The translations under genes and the position numbers were made by a program. The notes below the pieces were generated by a model, which was not told where the DNA came from, ran no database searches, and was given only the letters and a program-made list of their open reading frames with translations. A stretch of DNA of 64,000 nucleotides. Origin: Thermoplasmata archaeon. GTDB lineage: Archaea > Thermoplasmatota > Thermoplasmata > Lutacidiplasmatales > UBA184. Every line of letters begins with the position of its first letter. Within the stretch, counting starts at the first letter, position 1. Below are positions 25,981 to 35,248 of this stretch, one piece after another. The stretch is taken from positions 7,692 to 71,691 of the forward strand of contig JBKQUP010000013.1 of assembly GCA_052325545.1 (NCBI GenBank). Direction: 5' to 3'.

Positions 25981-26559
25981 GTGGCTGCGTTCGTCTTCGA
26001 GCTCGCCTTCGGTCTCGTCCTCGGGTTCTCGCTGACGATCCCTCCCGGACCGATGAACGCCTTCATGGCGTCACAGTCGGTCCGCTCGTTCCGGGATGGC
26101 GTGACTGCGGGCTTGGGGGCGATGAGCGCGGACCTCGTCCTCGGGGTCCTGGTCTATGCGTTGCATTCCGCGGTCGACCTTTCCGCGGAGCTGCGCTGGA
26201 TATACCTCCTCGGCGCGGGAGTGATGGTCTACCTCGGGGTCAGCCTTCTGAAAGGGGCCTCCGGCCGCCCTCCCCCGGACACGACAGGCGTTCGGACCTA
26301 CACGAAGGCGCTCGGTCTCGGCGTTTCGAATCCGTTCCAGATAGTGTGGTGGCTCACCGCCGGCCTCGCGTTCGCCTACTTTGGGGGCTGGGTCCTCTTC
26401 GTCGGGCTCTTCGGAGCCATTGCCGTATGGATCGTGGCGTTCCCGTGGGTGGTGCACGCCGGCACCGAGCGGCGGCCGAGCATCGCCCGCGGCGTGGTCG
26501 TCGTGTCGGGGGTCGTCATCTTCGCGTTCGCGGCGTACTTCCTCTTCCTCGCGCTCTAA
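25981..26559 (+). CDS. LysE/RhtB family amino-acid exporter
   Basis: From GTG 25981 the sequence is VAAFVFELAFGLVLGFSLTIPPGPMNAF.., with about six TM helices. This is the typical LysE N-terminal PGP motif. Confidence 0.7.
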   Translation: MAAFVFELAFGLVLGFSLTIPPGPMNAFMASQSVRSFRDGVTAGLGAMSADLVLGVLVYALHSAVDLSAELRWIYLLGAGVMVYLGVSLLKGASGRPPPDTTGVRTYTKALGLGVSNPFQIVWWLTAGLAFAYFGGWVLFVGLFGAIAVWIVAFPWVVHAGTERRPSIARGVVVVSGVVIFAFAAYFLFLAL

Positions 26560-26581
26560 CGCGAGGCGCCTCCCGATTCGC

Positions 26582-27148
26582 TCAGCTCGACTTGAGGCGC
26601 GCCGCGAACTGCTTTCGGAACTTCGATACCTTCGGCGCGATGATGGCGTGGCAGTAGCCGCTCCCCGGGTTCCGCCGGAAGTAGTCCCGGTGATACTCTT
26701 CCGCGGGAAAGAACTCGGTGAACGGGCCGAGCTCGGTGACGATCTTCCGCTTCCAGATCTGGGCGGCCTCGAGCTCGCCGATCACTTGCTCCGCGGTCGC
26801 CCGCTGAGCGGCGGAATGGAAGAAGATCACGGAGCGGTACTGGGTGCCCACGTCGTTCCCCTGCCGGTTCAGGCTCGTGGGGTCATGCGTGGTCATGAAG
26901 ATCGTGAGGAGGTCGTGGTAGCTCAGGACGCTCGGGTCGAACGTCACCTGAACGACCTCGGCATGGCCCGTCCGTCCCGAGCAAACCTGCTCGTAGGTCG
27001 GTCGGGAGAGGGTCCCGCCCGCGTAGCCCGACGTGACGCTCGAAACGCCCGCAAGCTCGGAGAGGATCGCTTCGGTGCACCAGAAGCAACCCCCTCCCAG
27101 CGTGGCGGACTCGGATGGTCTTGCAGTTCCTCGAGCGGCCTCGGACAT
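26582..27148 (-). CDS. msrA: Peptide-methionine (S)-S-oxide reductase
   Basis: LGGGCFWCTEA, GYAGG, HAEVVQVTFDP, YRSVIFF and AEEYHRDYF are canonical MsrA motifs. The start is ATG 27148. Confidence 0.9.
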   Translation of the reverse strand: MSEAARGTARPSESATLGGGCFWCTEAILSELAGVSSVTSGYAGGTLSRPTYEQVCSGRTGHAEVVQVTFDPSVLSYHDLLTIFMTTHDPTSLNRQGNDVGTQYRSVIFFHSAAQRATAEQVIGELEAAQIWKRKIVTELGPFTEFFPAEEYHRDYFRRNPGSGYCHAIIAPKVSKFRKQFAARLKSS

Positions 27149-27224
27149 CGTTTCCTCGTCTCCGGGCCGGTCCCTCAGGGAGGGCTCCGGTCGACGGAGA
27201 GCCGGCGCAGGCCCACGACCGATT

Positions 27225-27965
27225 TCAATTCGCCGATGGCGCCCCGCCCCCGGCAATGGGCATCGGTCGGGTCCCGCGGAGCACGAGGTAGGGTGCGAGG
27301 AGCGCGAGGATCGGGACGAGGGCGAGAAGGTACTCGACCCCGGGGAACGACACGACGAGCGCGACGAACGGCCCTACGAGGGCGAGCAGGAGCACCGCGT
27401 ACAGGGTCGCACCGACGGCTACCGTCGGGGTCTTGAACCGGGACGAGGCCGTCGATAGGCCCAGGACGATCCCGACCCCGCCGAGCCACCCCAACCAGAA
27501 TCCGACGAGGGCGGTGTAGGCCCCGAGAGGCTGGCCCGAGCGCAGGCAGGTGAGCGCGTGGGTCGGTTGGCCCTTGAGACACGAAAGCACCGAGCTCGCG
27601 GAGCCGACGAGGACGACCGCCGCGACCAAGATGAGAATGAACCCAAGGGTCCCGATCAAGCAGAGGACCGACGCGACCGTGAACCGGGAGTCGACCTTGC
27701 GAAGGAGGGAGAATCCGCGTCGGTAGAAGAAGAGGGAGAGCAGGAAGAGGATGGCGCCCGCCAGGACCAGGAGGCCGGTGGCATCGATGAACGCGGCCTG
27801 GTGCAGCGAGAGGATCCCGGTCGAGTCGTACGAGGCGATGTAGAGGAATCCTATCGGGAGGACGATAGCGAGCAGCGCAGCCGCGAAGCCGATCCCCGCG
27901 CCGGTGGCGATGCGAAAGAGCCCGGTCCGCTCCTCCTCGCCCCCGGAGCTCGACATGGATGCCAT
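27225..27965 (-). CDS. Integral membrane protein (about 6 TM helices; possibly DUF973-like)
   Basis: The protein is strongly hydrophobic along its length with about six predicted helices. The family guess is from memory only. Confidence 0.5.
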   Translation of the reverse strand: MASMSSSGGEEERTGLFRIATGAGIGFAAALLAIVLPIGFLYIASYDSTGILSLHQAAFIDATGLLVLAGAILFLLSLFFYRRGFSLLRKVDSRFTVASVLCLIGTLGFILILVAAVVLVGSASSVLSCLKGQPTHALTCLRSGQPLGAYTALVGFWLGWLGGVGIVLGLSTASSRFKTPTVAVGATLYAVLLLALVGPFVALVVSFPGVEYLLALVPILALLAPYLVLRGTRPMPIAGGGAPSAN

Positions 27966-28075
27966 TCTTCCACCCTCGATGGACCGACCTCCGTACCCGC
28001 TTCTGGATTATCTACGCTTGGCCGGGCGGATTTCCCGCTTCCCGGAGGGCCGCATCCACCCAGGAGCGACAGCGG

Positions 28076-28528
28076 CTACTTCCGGACGACGAACTGGACC
28101 TCGGTCCTCGACCAGGCCCGCTTGTCCTTCCAGGGGTTTCCCTCGTAGACCTCGCGGTACGAAACGACCGAGCGGATCTCCTTCTCCTTGCGCTGCCAAC
28201 GCAGCCAGTCGGAGAGTCCATGATACACGACCCGAGGCGAAACGACGTTCGGGTCGAAACGCACGCTGGCCACGGTGGCGGCCGGGAGCGTCCGTACCTT
28301 CACCCGGCCTTCCGAGCGGGCCTTCCCCCGGACCTCGATCGCGGTATCCCAGACACGGGAGCCCGGTTCTCGGAAGACCCAACGGCCGGTCCGCAGGCCC
28401 CGAACCCGCGCCCACTTCTCGACCTCTTCGAACCGCCTCTGGATCTGGCGATCGCTGTACGGCCCGGTCCATCGGATGGCGGCGACGTGCAGGCTCGGCG
28501 TCTTCTTCAGCACAAAGTCCACGGTCAT
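28076..28528 (-). CDS. GyrI-like small-molecule-binding domain protein
   Basis: The length is 150 aa. VAAIRWTGPY.., VASVRFDP.. and YREVYEGNPW fit the duplicated beta-alpha-beta-beta GyrI-like/SOUL pattern. Confidence 0.55.
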   Translation of the reverse strand: MTVDFVLKKTPSLHVAAIRWTGPYSDRQIQRRFEEVEKWARVRGLRTGRWVFREPGSRVWDTAIEVRGKARSEGRVKVRTLPAATVASVRFDPNVVSPRVVYHGLSDWLRWQRKEKEIRSVVSYREVYEGNPWKDKRAWSRTEVQFVVRK

Positions 28529-28652
28529 TCTTCGGCTCTCCGAGCTCCCCAGAGAACTCCACCGTCATAACGCCGCTGGGAGCCGAAATCGGCCGTTCCT
28601 CGAAGTTCGTCGTGTACCCCCGAGCGGTGGGCGCCCCGCGGGTTAATGAGCG

Positions 28653-29498
28653 GTGGCCCGCATCTCGGTCGGGTCGATGGTCTCACTTCCCTCGGGAACA
28701 CCGCTTCTCCGCCCCGCCACGGCGAGCGCCTCGACGTCCCTCGAGGTCATCCGGGTCTCGAAGGCGTTCGGGTTCGTCGACGCGCTCTATTCCGTCAGCT
28801 TCTCGGTGGAGGCCGGACAGATCGTCGGGCTGCTCGGGCCGAACGGTGCGGGGAAGTCGACGACCATGAAGGCGGTCCTCGGGCTCGTGCGCCCCGATTC
28901 CGGGGAGATCCGCCTCTTCGGAAAGAACGTTCAGGAGAACCCCGTCGAGACCAAACGGCAGATCGGCTACGTTCCGGAGTCTCCCGCGCTCTACGAGTTC
29001 CTGACCGGGGCCGAGTACCTGGATTTCGTAGCGGACATGTACGGTCTCGACCCGTCGACGCGACGGGACCGGATCCGACAGTTCCTGACCGGACTCGAGC
29101 TCGAGGGCCACGAGAATTCGCTCATCAGTGGATATTCCCAGGGGATGAAGCAAAAGGTCGCGCTCATCGCAGCGCTCGCTCACCGCCCTCGGCTCCTCGT
29201 CCTGGACGAACCGCTCAACGGCCTGGACCCGCGGTCCGCCCGGGTAACCAAGGACCTGCTCCGGAACTTGGCGGCCCACGACGGCGTCGCGGTCCTCTTC
29301 AGCACTCACGTCCTGGAGATCGCCCAGGCGATCTGCGACCGTGTCGTGATCCTCCATCACGGTCGCGTCCTCGCATCGGGCACCGTCGCGGCCCTCCGGG
29401 ACCGCACGGGACTCGCGGGCCGAGACCTCGAAGAGGTCTTCCTCGCGCTCACGGGCACCGGGGACCTTCGCGACGTCGTTGACGCGCTGAGCCGATAG
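28653..29498 (+). CDS. ABC transporter ATP-binding protein
   Basis: Walker A is GLLGPNGAGKSTT. The signature motif is ISGYSQGMKQKV. Walker B is LLVLDEP. An H-loop (STH) is present. Confidence 0.9.
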   Translation: MARISVGSMVSLPSGTPLLRPATASASTSLEVIRVSKAFGFVDALYSVSFSVEAGQIVGLLGPNGAGKSTTMKAVLGLVRPDSGEIRLFGKNVQENPVETKRQIGYVPESPALYEFLTGAEYLDFVADMYGLDPSTRRDRIRQFLTGLELEGHENSLISGYSQGMKQKVALIAALAHRPRLLVLDEPLNGLDPRSARVTKDLLRNLAAHDGVAVLFSTHVLEIAQAICDRVVILHHGRVLASGTVAALRDRTGLAGRDLEEVFLALTGTGDLRDVVDALSR

Positions 29499-29505
29499 GA
29501 GGACG

Positions 29506-31104
29506 ATGGACACCCACCGCGTTCGACGCTTGGCGGCGACCCTGGTCGCGTCGCAGCTGCGCTCGGGGCGGAGTTCGTCCAACCCGAACAGCCTCCTCGG
29601 ACAGCCCGCGCTCATCGCGGCCGTGGACCTCGTCCTCTTTCTCACGGTCTTCGGGCTCACGCTCGGGGCGGTGCGCGCGAGCTCGCTCGGAAGCCACCAG
29701 GTCGCGGCGCTTGCGAACGCGCTCCTCCCGTTCCTCCCCCTCGTCGCCGTGGGCGTGGTCCTGGTCGCGGGGGTCATGTTCGAGCTCACGACCACGGCGA
29801 AGTTCGCGGGCAGCGATGCCGCGAACTGGATGCCGCTTACGCCGACCGAGTACGTGGCCGCGTCGGCCGCGGCAATCGCGTACACCTACTCCCCGGCCGC
29901 CGCTCTGGCCCTCGGCGCTCTGCTCCCGTTCGCGATCTACGGAGGGACCCTCGTGGCCTATCTCCTGACCGCCCTCCTAGTGGTCCTCGCGCTCTTCGAA
30001 GGGGCGGTCCTCATCGAGATGGTCCGCTCGGCCACGCAGCGGGCGAGCTCGGTCGGCGCCGGACGTAGGGGCCAGGTGAGCCTCATCCTTCGGGCGCTGA
30101 TCCTGGTCGTCGTCATCCTCGCGCTCCAGCTCGCGTTCAACCCGGTGTTCCTGCTGGGGCTCGCGCAACGGCTCTCGGTCGTCGGCCTGGTCACGTCCGC
30201 TATCCCATTCTTCTGGTCGACCGAGGCGCTGGCCCAATGGGTCGGAGGGAACCTGGGCCTCGGGGCCGCGTTCGCCCTGGGGCAGGTGGCCTTCGTGGGC
30301 GCCCTGGTCTACCTGGCGGGCGAGCTCCGCGTCCGCTACTGGGTGCCCTCGTCCGCCGAGGTCCGGCTCGAGGAGCACCGGTACGCGGCCCGGAACCCCC
30401 TGTTGGCCCTCTTCGGCCTCAGTGCCGCGGAGTCCGCGTTAGTATCGAAGGACCTGAAGGGCCTCATCCGACGACGCGAGATGCTCCCCACGCTCGTCGT
30501 CCCCGTCGTCCTCATCGTCCTCGTCCTCGTGGAAGGGAGCTCCTTCGGAGGGTTCGTCTCCGTGCTGTGGATCGGGTGGGTCGCGGGCTTCTTCTCGCTC
30601 CTCATCGCCGGTACGTCGCTCGGTCAGGAACGACGGGCCGTCCAGTCGCTGTTCTCCTATCCGCTCTCGGCGGGGAGCCTCGTGCGCGCGAAGGCCACGT
30701 TCGTTCTTCTGCCGTCCCTCGTGGTGGCGGGGGCGCTCGGGCTCGTGGTGGGCTTCTACTTCGGTCTCTCGGCGGGCGACGTCCTCGGCGTCCTGGTCCT
30801 CATCGTCGCCGCCTCGGTCGTGCTCACCTTCTGGGGGCTCGCGTTCGCGTCGCGGTTCTCCGACTTCCAGGAGCGGCCGCGACCCCAGTTCTTGCGTCCG
30901 GGCGGAATGTTGGCCGCGACCGGCTCGGGCATGGTGCTCCTGTTCGCGATCCTGGTCCCGGGAGCGTTCGCGCTCCTCTCCCCGTCGCCGTCGTCCGTCC
31001 CTCTCGGGCTCGTCTGCGCCGCGCTGGCCCTTGGGGTCGGGGGACTCGCGGTCCTGTGGACGGTGACCGGCTTCCGCCGGCTCCTCACCGAGCTGCCGTT
31101 CTGA
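29506..31104 (+). CDS. Multi-pass membrane protein, probable permease partner of the ABC ATPase
   Basis: The length is 532 aa with at least 10 hydrophobic helices. It starts 8 nt after the ATPase stop. Confidence 0.65.
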   Translation: MDTHRVRRLAATLVASQLRSGRSSSNPNSLLGQPALIAAVDLVLFLTVFGLTLGAVRASSLGSHQVAALANALLPFLPLVAVGVVLVAGVMFELTTTAKFAGSDAANWMPLTPTEYVAASAAAIAYTYSPAAALALGALLPFAIYGGTLVAYLLTALLVVLALFEGAVLIEMVRSATQRASSVGAGRRGQVSLILRALILVVVILALQLAFNPVFLLGLAQRLSVVGLVTSAIPFFWSTEALAQWVGGNLGLGAAFALGQVAFVGALVYLAGELRVRYWVPSSAEVRLEEHRYAARNPLLALFGLSAAESALVSKDLKGLIRRREMLPTLVVPVVLIVLVLVEGSSFGGFVSVLWIGWVAGFFSLLIAGTSLGQERRAVQSLFSYPLSAGSLVRAKATFVLLPSLVVAGALGLVVGFYFGLSAGDVLGVLVLIVAASVVLTFWGLAFASRFSDFQERPRPQFLRPGGMLAATGSGMVLLFAILVPGAFALLSPSPSSVPLGLVCAALALGVGGLAVLWTVTGFRRLLTELPF

Positions 31105-31119
31105 CGACCTGGGCGGCGT

Positions 31120-31611
31120 CTATAGAGGAGCCCCGCACGAAGGACATCTCCCGTCGACCTCGTTGCCCAACGCTCCGCAGAAACGACACCGCACCTTGAC
31201 CACCTGTCGTTCGATCGTATGGGTCGTGGCCCATCCCGGTCCCGAAGGAGGCGGGAGCGCCCGCTTCGCCTGGGCGATCGTGCTGGTCCACGCCTCCGGT
31301 TCGAGAACGTCAAACGACGGCCGTCCGTGGGCGAGTTCGAGCACGAGCCGTGGCCGGCCGATGCGGCCCCGGCGCACCGCCACATTCTTCAGCTCGTGGA
31401 GCGAGGCATCGAGCTGGGTCTCCGTCTCAGCGAGCGGCCGTCGCCCGAGCCGGCTTCGCGCCACGGAAGCCTCGAAGACGACCCGCAGCGTCGTCACATA
31501 GAGGACACCGGGACCTTTCGGAGGGCCGTCGGTCCCATCCCCGCGAGCGGCGACCGCATAGGCGCTGCGGAGCACGCTCTCCCCGTGACCCAGGAGCATC
31601 GCGGGGAACAA
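31120..31611 (-). CDS. PH/GRAM-like domain protein with a C-terminal zinc ribbon
   Basis: GVLYVTTLRVVFEA..LVLELAHGRPSFDV resembles bacterial PH/GRAM-like domains. The C-terminus is CRFC-x10-CPSC. Confidence 0.45.
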   Translation of the reverse strand: MFPAMLLGHGESVLRSAYAVAARGDGTDGPPKGPGVLYVTTLRVVFEASVARSRLGRRPLAETETQLDASLHELKNVAVRRGRIGRPRLVLELAHGRPSFDVLEPEAWTSTIAQAKRALPPPSGPGWATTHTIERQVVKVRCRFCGALGNEVDGRCPSCGAPL

Positions 31612-31623
31612 GGGGTCGGGAAT

Positions 31624-32391
31624 CTAATACCCTCGCCGCCCGACGGGCCGCCGCCGGCTCGCTCGGCGGAGCTCTTCCCGGAAGCGTTTCGGGGCCCGTT
31701 CGGTCGCGACGGTGACCGTCACCGGCGCGAGATGCCGAACCTCACGACGGAGGAATCGTTCGGTCCGCGCGCGGTCCTGCTTCCAACACTCCCTCAGCCA
31801 GGTGCCCACCGCCCGCTGGACCCAGCGTTCGGGGTCGTCCCGGAGCCGAGCCAGGAGCTCGAACGGTCGGTCGAGCTCGCCCGACCGGACCCACGCTCGG
31901 AGGGCGTACGTCGAGGCCCTTCGGCGCCAGAGGTTCTCCGAGCGGGTCCATCGGAGGAGCTCCGCGAACCGTTCGGGGTGGGCCGCGACCTGGGTTGCAA
32001 GAGGGCCCGATGCAAGGCTGTCCGAGAGGGCCCAGCCGGTCGCGGCGTCCACCCACCGGACCCCGAGTCGCCACGCGAGCTCGTCGTCGACCAGAGGTGG
32101 GCGGCCGAGGAGCTCGATGGCCACTTCCTTCTCTTCGAAGGAAGCTCCCTCCCACAGCGCTCGGGCGAGCGCTCGCGCCTCCGTGCGCGACCGCGCCTCG
32201 AGACGGAGGGCGACCGCGTGAGCGACCCCTCGGAGGTCGGGGACGCTCACCCCGAGGACGGGGACGGGGGAGCCGAGATACTCACGGAGGAGCTCGATCC
32301 CGGACGGGCCGGTCCGGGCCCGCAGCTCTCGAAGGACCCGACGGCGTTCTCCCTCGACCCAAGAGGGGGATCGTCGGCGACCCGCTACCAT
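31624..32391 (-). CDS. DNA alkylation repair enzyme (AlkD-like HEAT-repeat protein)
   Basis: SENLWRRRASTYAL.. and WVQRAVGTWLRECWK are typical of the DNA alkylation repair (AlkC/AlkD-like) family. The start at ATG 32391 overlaps the stop of the upstream gene by 7 nt. Confidence 0.65.
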   Translation of the reverse strand: MVAGRRRSPSWVEGERRRVLRELRARTGPSGIELLREYLGSPVPVLGVSVPDLRGVAHAVALRLEARSRTEARALARALWEGASFEEKEVAIELLGRPPLVDDELAWRLGVRWVDAATGWALSDSLASGPLATQVAAHPERFAELLRWTRSENLWRRRASTYALRAWVRSGELDRPFELLARLRDDPERWVQRAVGTWLRECWKQDRARTERFLRREVRHLAPVTVTVATERAPKRFREELRRASRRRPVGRRGY

Positions 32392-34166
32392 CCGACGGGG
32401 CTCGTGCGGTTCTGCTCGTCGAGCCATTGCTGGAGCGGCGCGAAGTACTCGAGGAGCCCCCTCGAGTCCATCCGACGGTCTCCGGTCAGCGTCTCGAGCG
32501 CGTCGGGCCACTCACGGCTCGTTCCCATCTCGAGGGTCGCCGCGAGCCGCCGGCCGGCTTCCTTGGACCCGTAGATCGACGCTCGATGCAGCGGACCGGA
32601 GGCGCCGACCACCCGGGCGAGCGCCCGGTGGAACTGGAACTGGAGGATGTCGGCGAGGAAGTAGCGCATGTACGGCACGTTCGCCGGAACGTGGAACTTG
32701 GCGCCGGGGTCGAACTCCTCGTCGGCCCGCGGGCTCGGCGGGGCGACGCCCTGGTAGCGGCGACGCATCTCCCACCAGCTCGAGTTGTACTCCGAAGGGG
32801 GGACCTCCCCCGAGAAGACGTCCCACCGCCACTTGTCGATGACGAGGCCGAAGGGGAGGAACGCCACCTTGTCCAGGGCCGTCTGCAGGAGGAGCCCGAT
32901 GTCCCCGCTCGGGTCGGTCGGCCGGTCGAGGAGGCCGATATGGACCAGGTACTCTGGTGTCACCGAGAGGGCGATGGTGTCCCCGATCGCCTCGTGGAAC
33001 CCGTCATGAGCGCTTTCGCGGAACAGGAACGGCTGGCGGGCGTACGCCCGCTGGTAGTAGTTGTGGCCCAGCTCGTGGTGGACCGTCAGGAAGTCCTCGC
33101 CCGTGAGCTCGATGCACATCTTGAGCCGAAGGTCGTCGACGTAATCGATGTCCCACGCGCTCGCGTGGCAGACGACCTCGCGGTCGCGCGGTCGGATGAG
33201 CATCGAGCGCTCCCAGAAGGTGGCCGGGAGGGGGTCGAACCCGAGGGAGGTGAAGAACCGCTCCGCCGTCCGCACCATGTCGGTCGGGGAGAGACCCCGC
33301 TGGGCGAGGAGCGCCGTGAGGTCCATCCCTGTCGGGGTCGACGGCGGAACGAGGAGCGGGAGCGTCCCCTCCCACGACTGCGCCCACATGTTCCCGAGCA
33401 GGTGCGCCGGGATCGGGCCCTGCGTCGGGACCCGGTCCCCACCATAATGCTCGAGCAGCCGGCGTCGGACGTAGGCGTGCAGAGACCGGTAGAGCGGCTC
33501 GACCTCCGACCACAGTCGGTCGACCTCCTGGGCGAACGCGACCGGGTCCATGTCGTACTTGGAACGCCACATCGCTCCCGTGTCCGCGAACCCGAGCTCG
33601 GTGGCGCCGCGATTGGCGAGCTCGACGTACCGGACGAAATCGGGCCGGATGGCCCGGCCGATGCTGTGCCATCCCGCCCATACCTCTTCGAGCAACGACG
33701 CGTCCCGGCTCTCGAGGAGGATCCGGGAGAGACCCTGGAGCTCGAGCGGCTCCGGCGAGGACCGCGGGGCGAAGCGGCCCTTCGAGTAGATCCCCCGCAT
33801 CGCCGTCACCCGGCGGGAAAGCTCCTCGGACTCGGTGGGGTCCGACGGAGCGACCAGAGGGAGCATCAGTCGCAACAGTTTCGCCTTCCTCGCGTCGGTG
33901 GCCGAGAGGTCCCTCGTGGAGAAGCCCGTCGATTCCTTGGCGAGCTCGACGGTCGCCCCGATCAGACGGGAGTACGCTCGCGCCGCGAGGAGCTCGCTAT
34001 CGGGCGTGATGTAGGTGTCGTAGACCCAATCCGCCGTCTGCGACTCCACGGTGAGGTCGAGGAGCCTCGCCTCGGCTCTCCGCAGGAACTCCCCCATCTC
34101 CGACTCCGCCATGGTTCTCTCTCGGGCGACCCCGGGCGGAGCGAGCTCGCCTTTAAGAAGGGGCAC
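32385..34166 (-). CDS. Peptidase family M2 (angiotensin-converting-enzyme-like dipeptidyl carboxypeptidase)
   Basis: HHELGHNYYQ plus DGFHEAIGDTIALS form the HExxH...E zinc site in the M2 arrangement. The overall length of about 575-593 aa fits. No N-terminal signal peptide is visible. An alternative start exists at ATG 34112 (MAESEM). Confidence 0.8.
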   Translation of the reverse strand: MPLLKGELAPPGVARERTMAESEMGEFLRRAEARLLDLTVESQTADWVYDTYITPDSELLAARAYSRLIGATVELAKESTGFSTRDLSATDARKAKLLRLMLPLVAPSDPTESEELSRRVTAMRGIYSKGRFAPRSSPEPLELQGLSRILLESRDASLLEEVWAGWHSIGRAIRPDFVRYVELANRGATELGFADTGAMWRSKYDMDPVAFAQEVDRLWSEVEPLYRSLHAYVRRRLLEHYGGDRVPTQGPIPAHLLGNMWAQSWEGTLPLLVPPSTPTGMDLTALLAQRGLSPTDMVRTAERFFTSLGFDPLPATFWERSMLIRPRDREVVCHASAWDIDYVDDLRLKMCIELTGEDFLTVHHELGHNYYQRAYARQPFLFRESAHDGFHEAIGDTIALSVTPEYLVHIGLLDRPTDPSGDIGLLLQTALDKVAFLPFGLVIDKWRWDVFSGEVPPSEYNSSWWEMRRRYQGVAPPSPRADEEFDPGAKFHVPANVPYMRYFLADILQFQFHRALARVVGASGPLHRASIYGSKEAGRRLAATLEMGTSREWPDALETLTGDRRMDSRGLLEYFAPLQQWLDEQNRTSPVGW

Positions 34167-34304
34167 CGAACCGCGTCCCGGGACCGAAGTTGGTCCGCCC
34201 GATGTCCGCCAGCCGTTTACCTCAGGGCCATGGACAGGACCCCTCCGTTTCCAGTCGAACTTTCAGCTTTATGTACGACGTGCGTCTGACAGCTCTCTGC
34301 GGAC

Positions 34305-34457
34305 GTGTCCGACAACCCCGACGGCCGGGCCATTCTCGCCTCGTTGCCCGCTCATTTCGGGCCGACCCCCAATGATGTCGGTCTTCCGCTCGCGGTCCTC
34401 CCATGTCTTCGCCTCGACACGCTGCCCATCGCGCGCGAGGGGATCTGGGTCGCATGA
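34305..34457 (+). CDS. Candidate small ORF (50 aa, below the ORF-track cutoff)
   Basis: The ORF runs from GTG 34305 to TGA 34457 and reads VSDNPDGRAILASLPAHFGPTPNDVGLPLAVLPCLRLDTLPIAREGIWVA. Third codon positions are strongly G/C-biased. TTTATG lies at 34268-34273 upstream. Its stop overlaps the next ATG as ATGA. Confidence 0.3.
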   Translation: MSDNPDGRAILASLPAHFGPTPNDVGLPLAVLPCLRLDTLPIAREGIWVA

Positions 34458-34675
34458 GCGTCGCGATCCGTAAGCCGTCCCCCGTTCCTCCCGAGCCCTC
34501 GGTCGAGATCCCCGCCCGCCGGGTCTTCCTCGGCCAGGGAGAGCCAAGAGGCTACGGCGTCCGACCGAAGCTGACCCCGGAAGCGGCCGCCGCGTTCGCC
34601 ACGTACGTCGACCCAGCGCGGGCTCGAGCGGCGATGGAAGGCCGCACGCTCGTCTACACCGTGCGCTGGGGCTGA
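34454..34675 (+). CDS. Hypothetical small protein (73 aa)
   Basis: MSVAIRKPSPVPPEPSVEIPARRVFLGQGEPRGYGVRPKLTPEAAAAFATYVDPARARAAMEGRTLVYTVRWG. No family was recognised. The start was chosen at ATG 34454 within track ORF 34403..34675. Confidence 0.35.
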   Translation: MSVAIRKPSPVPPEPSVEIPARRVFLGQGEPRGYGVRPKLTPEAAAAFATYVDPARARAAMEGRTLVYTVRWG

Positions 34676-34696
34676 GGGACGAACGGCATCGCCCGT

Positions 34697-35248
34697 TCAG
34701 GGCGGGTCGCTCCCCGGTTCTCGTTCCACCACCACGAACGGTCGTACGGGGCGGTGGTTCTTCGCGTCCTCCCAGGCGCCCTCGACCGCCGCCTTCGAAA
34801 GCGCGTCGGCCGCAGCGTTCTCCTCTCGGGGCACCCATCGGTACTCGACCTTGCGGAAGGACCGGGCGAGCTGGCCCAGCCAGTCGTGGTACGCCTTCAG
34901 GTGCTCCGCTCGGACCTCGTACTCGCCGTCCATCTGTCGGATGACGAGCTGGCTGTCTCCCTCGACCACGACCTCTCCGGTGTAACCGATCGAGCGGAGC
35001 TGCTCGAGCGCCCGGATGGCACCGACGTACTCGGCGACGTTGTTGGTGGAGTGGGCCGAGTACGGTCGGGTCGCGAGCCCGCACTCCTCGAAGTGGAGCC
35101 CGGGGCCCTCGATCACGAAGCCCCACCCCGCAACGCCGCCCCCGCCCGGGGGCTGGCACGACCCGTCGAAATGGACGAGCACGGGGCTCGACGGGTCGGG
35201 CAAGGCGATCCCCCGGGGAAGGACGCGGTCGTCCGCCAGGGTCCTCAC
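34697..35248 (-). CDS. rnhA: Ribonuclease HI
   Basis: The DEDD catalytic pattern is visible in VHFDGSC, NNVAEYVGAIRALE, VEGDSQLVIRQM and ENAAADALS. The start at GTG 35248 overlaps the upstream stop as GTGA. The remainder of track ORF 34697..35815 is out-of-frame overlap with the next gene. Confidence 0.8.
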   Translation of the reverse strand: MRTLADDRVLPRGIALPDPSSPVLVHFDGSCQPPGGGGVAGWGFVIEGPGLHFEECGLATRPYSAHSTNNVAEYVGAIRALEQLRSIGYTGEVVVEGDSQLVIRQMDGEYEVRAEHLKAYHDWLGQLARSFRKVEYRWVPREENAAADALSKAAVEGAWEDAKNHRPVRPFVVVEREPGSDPP

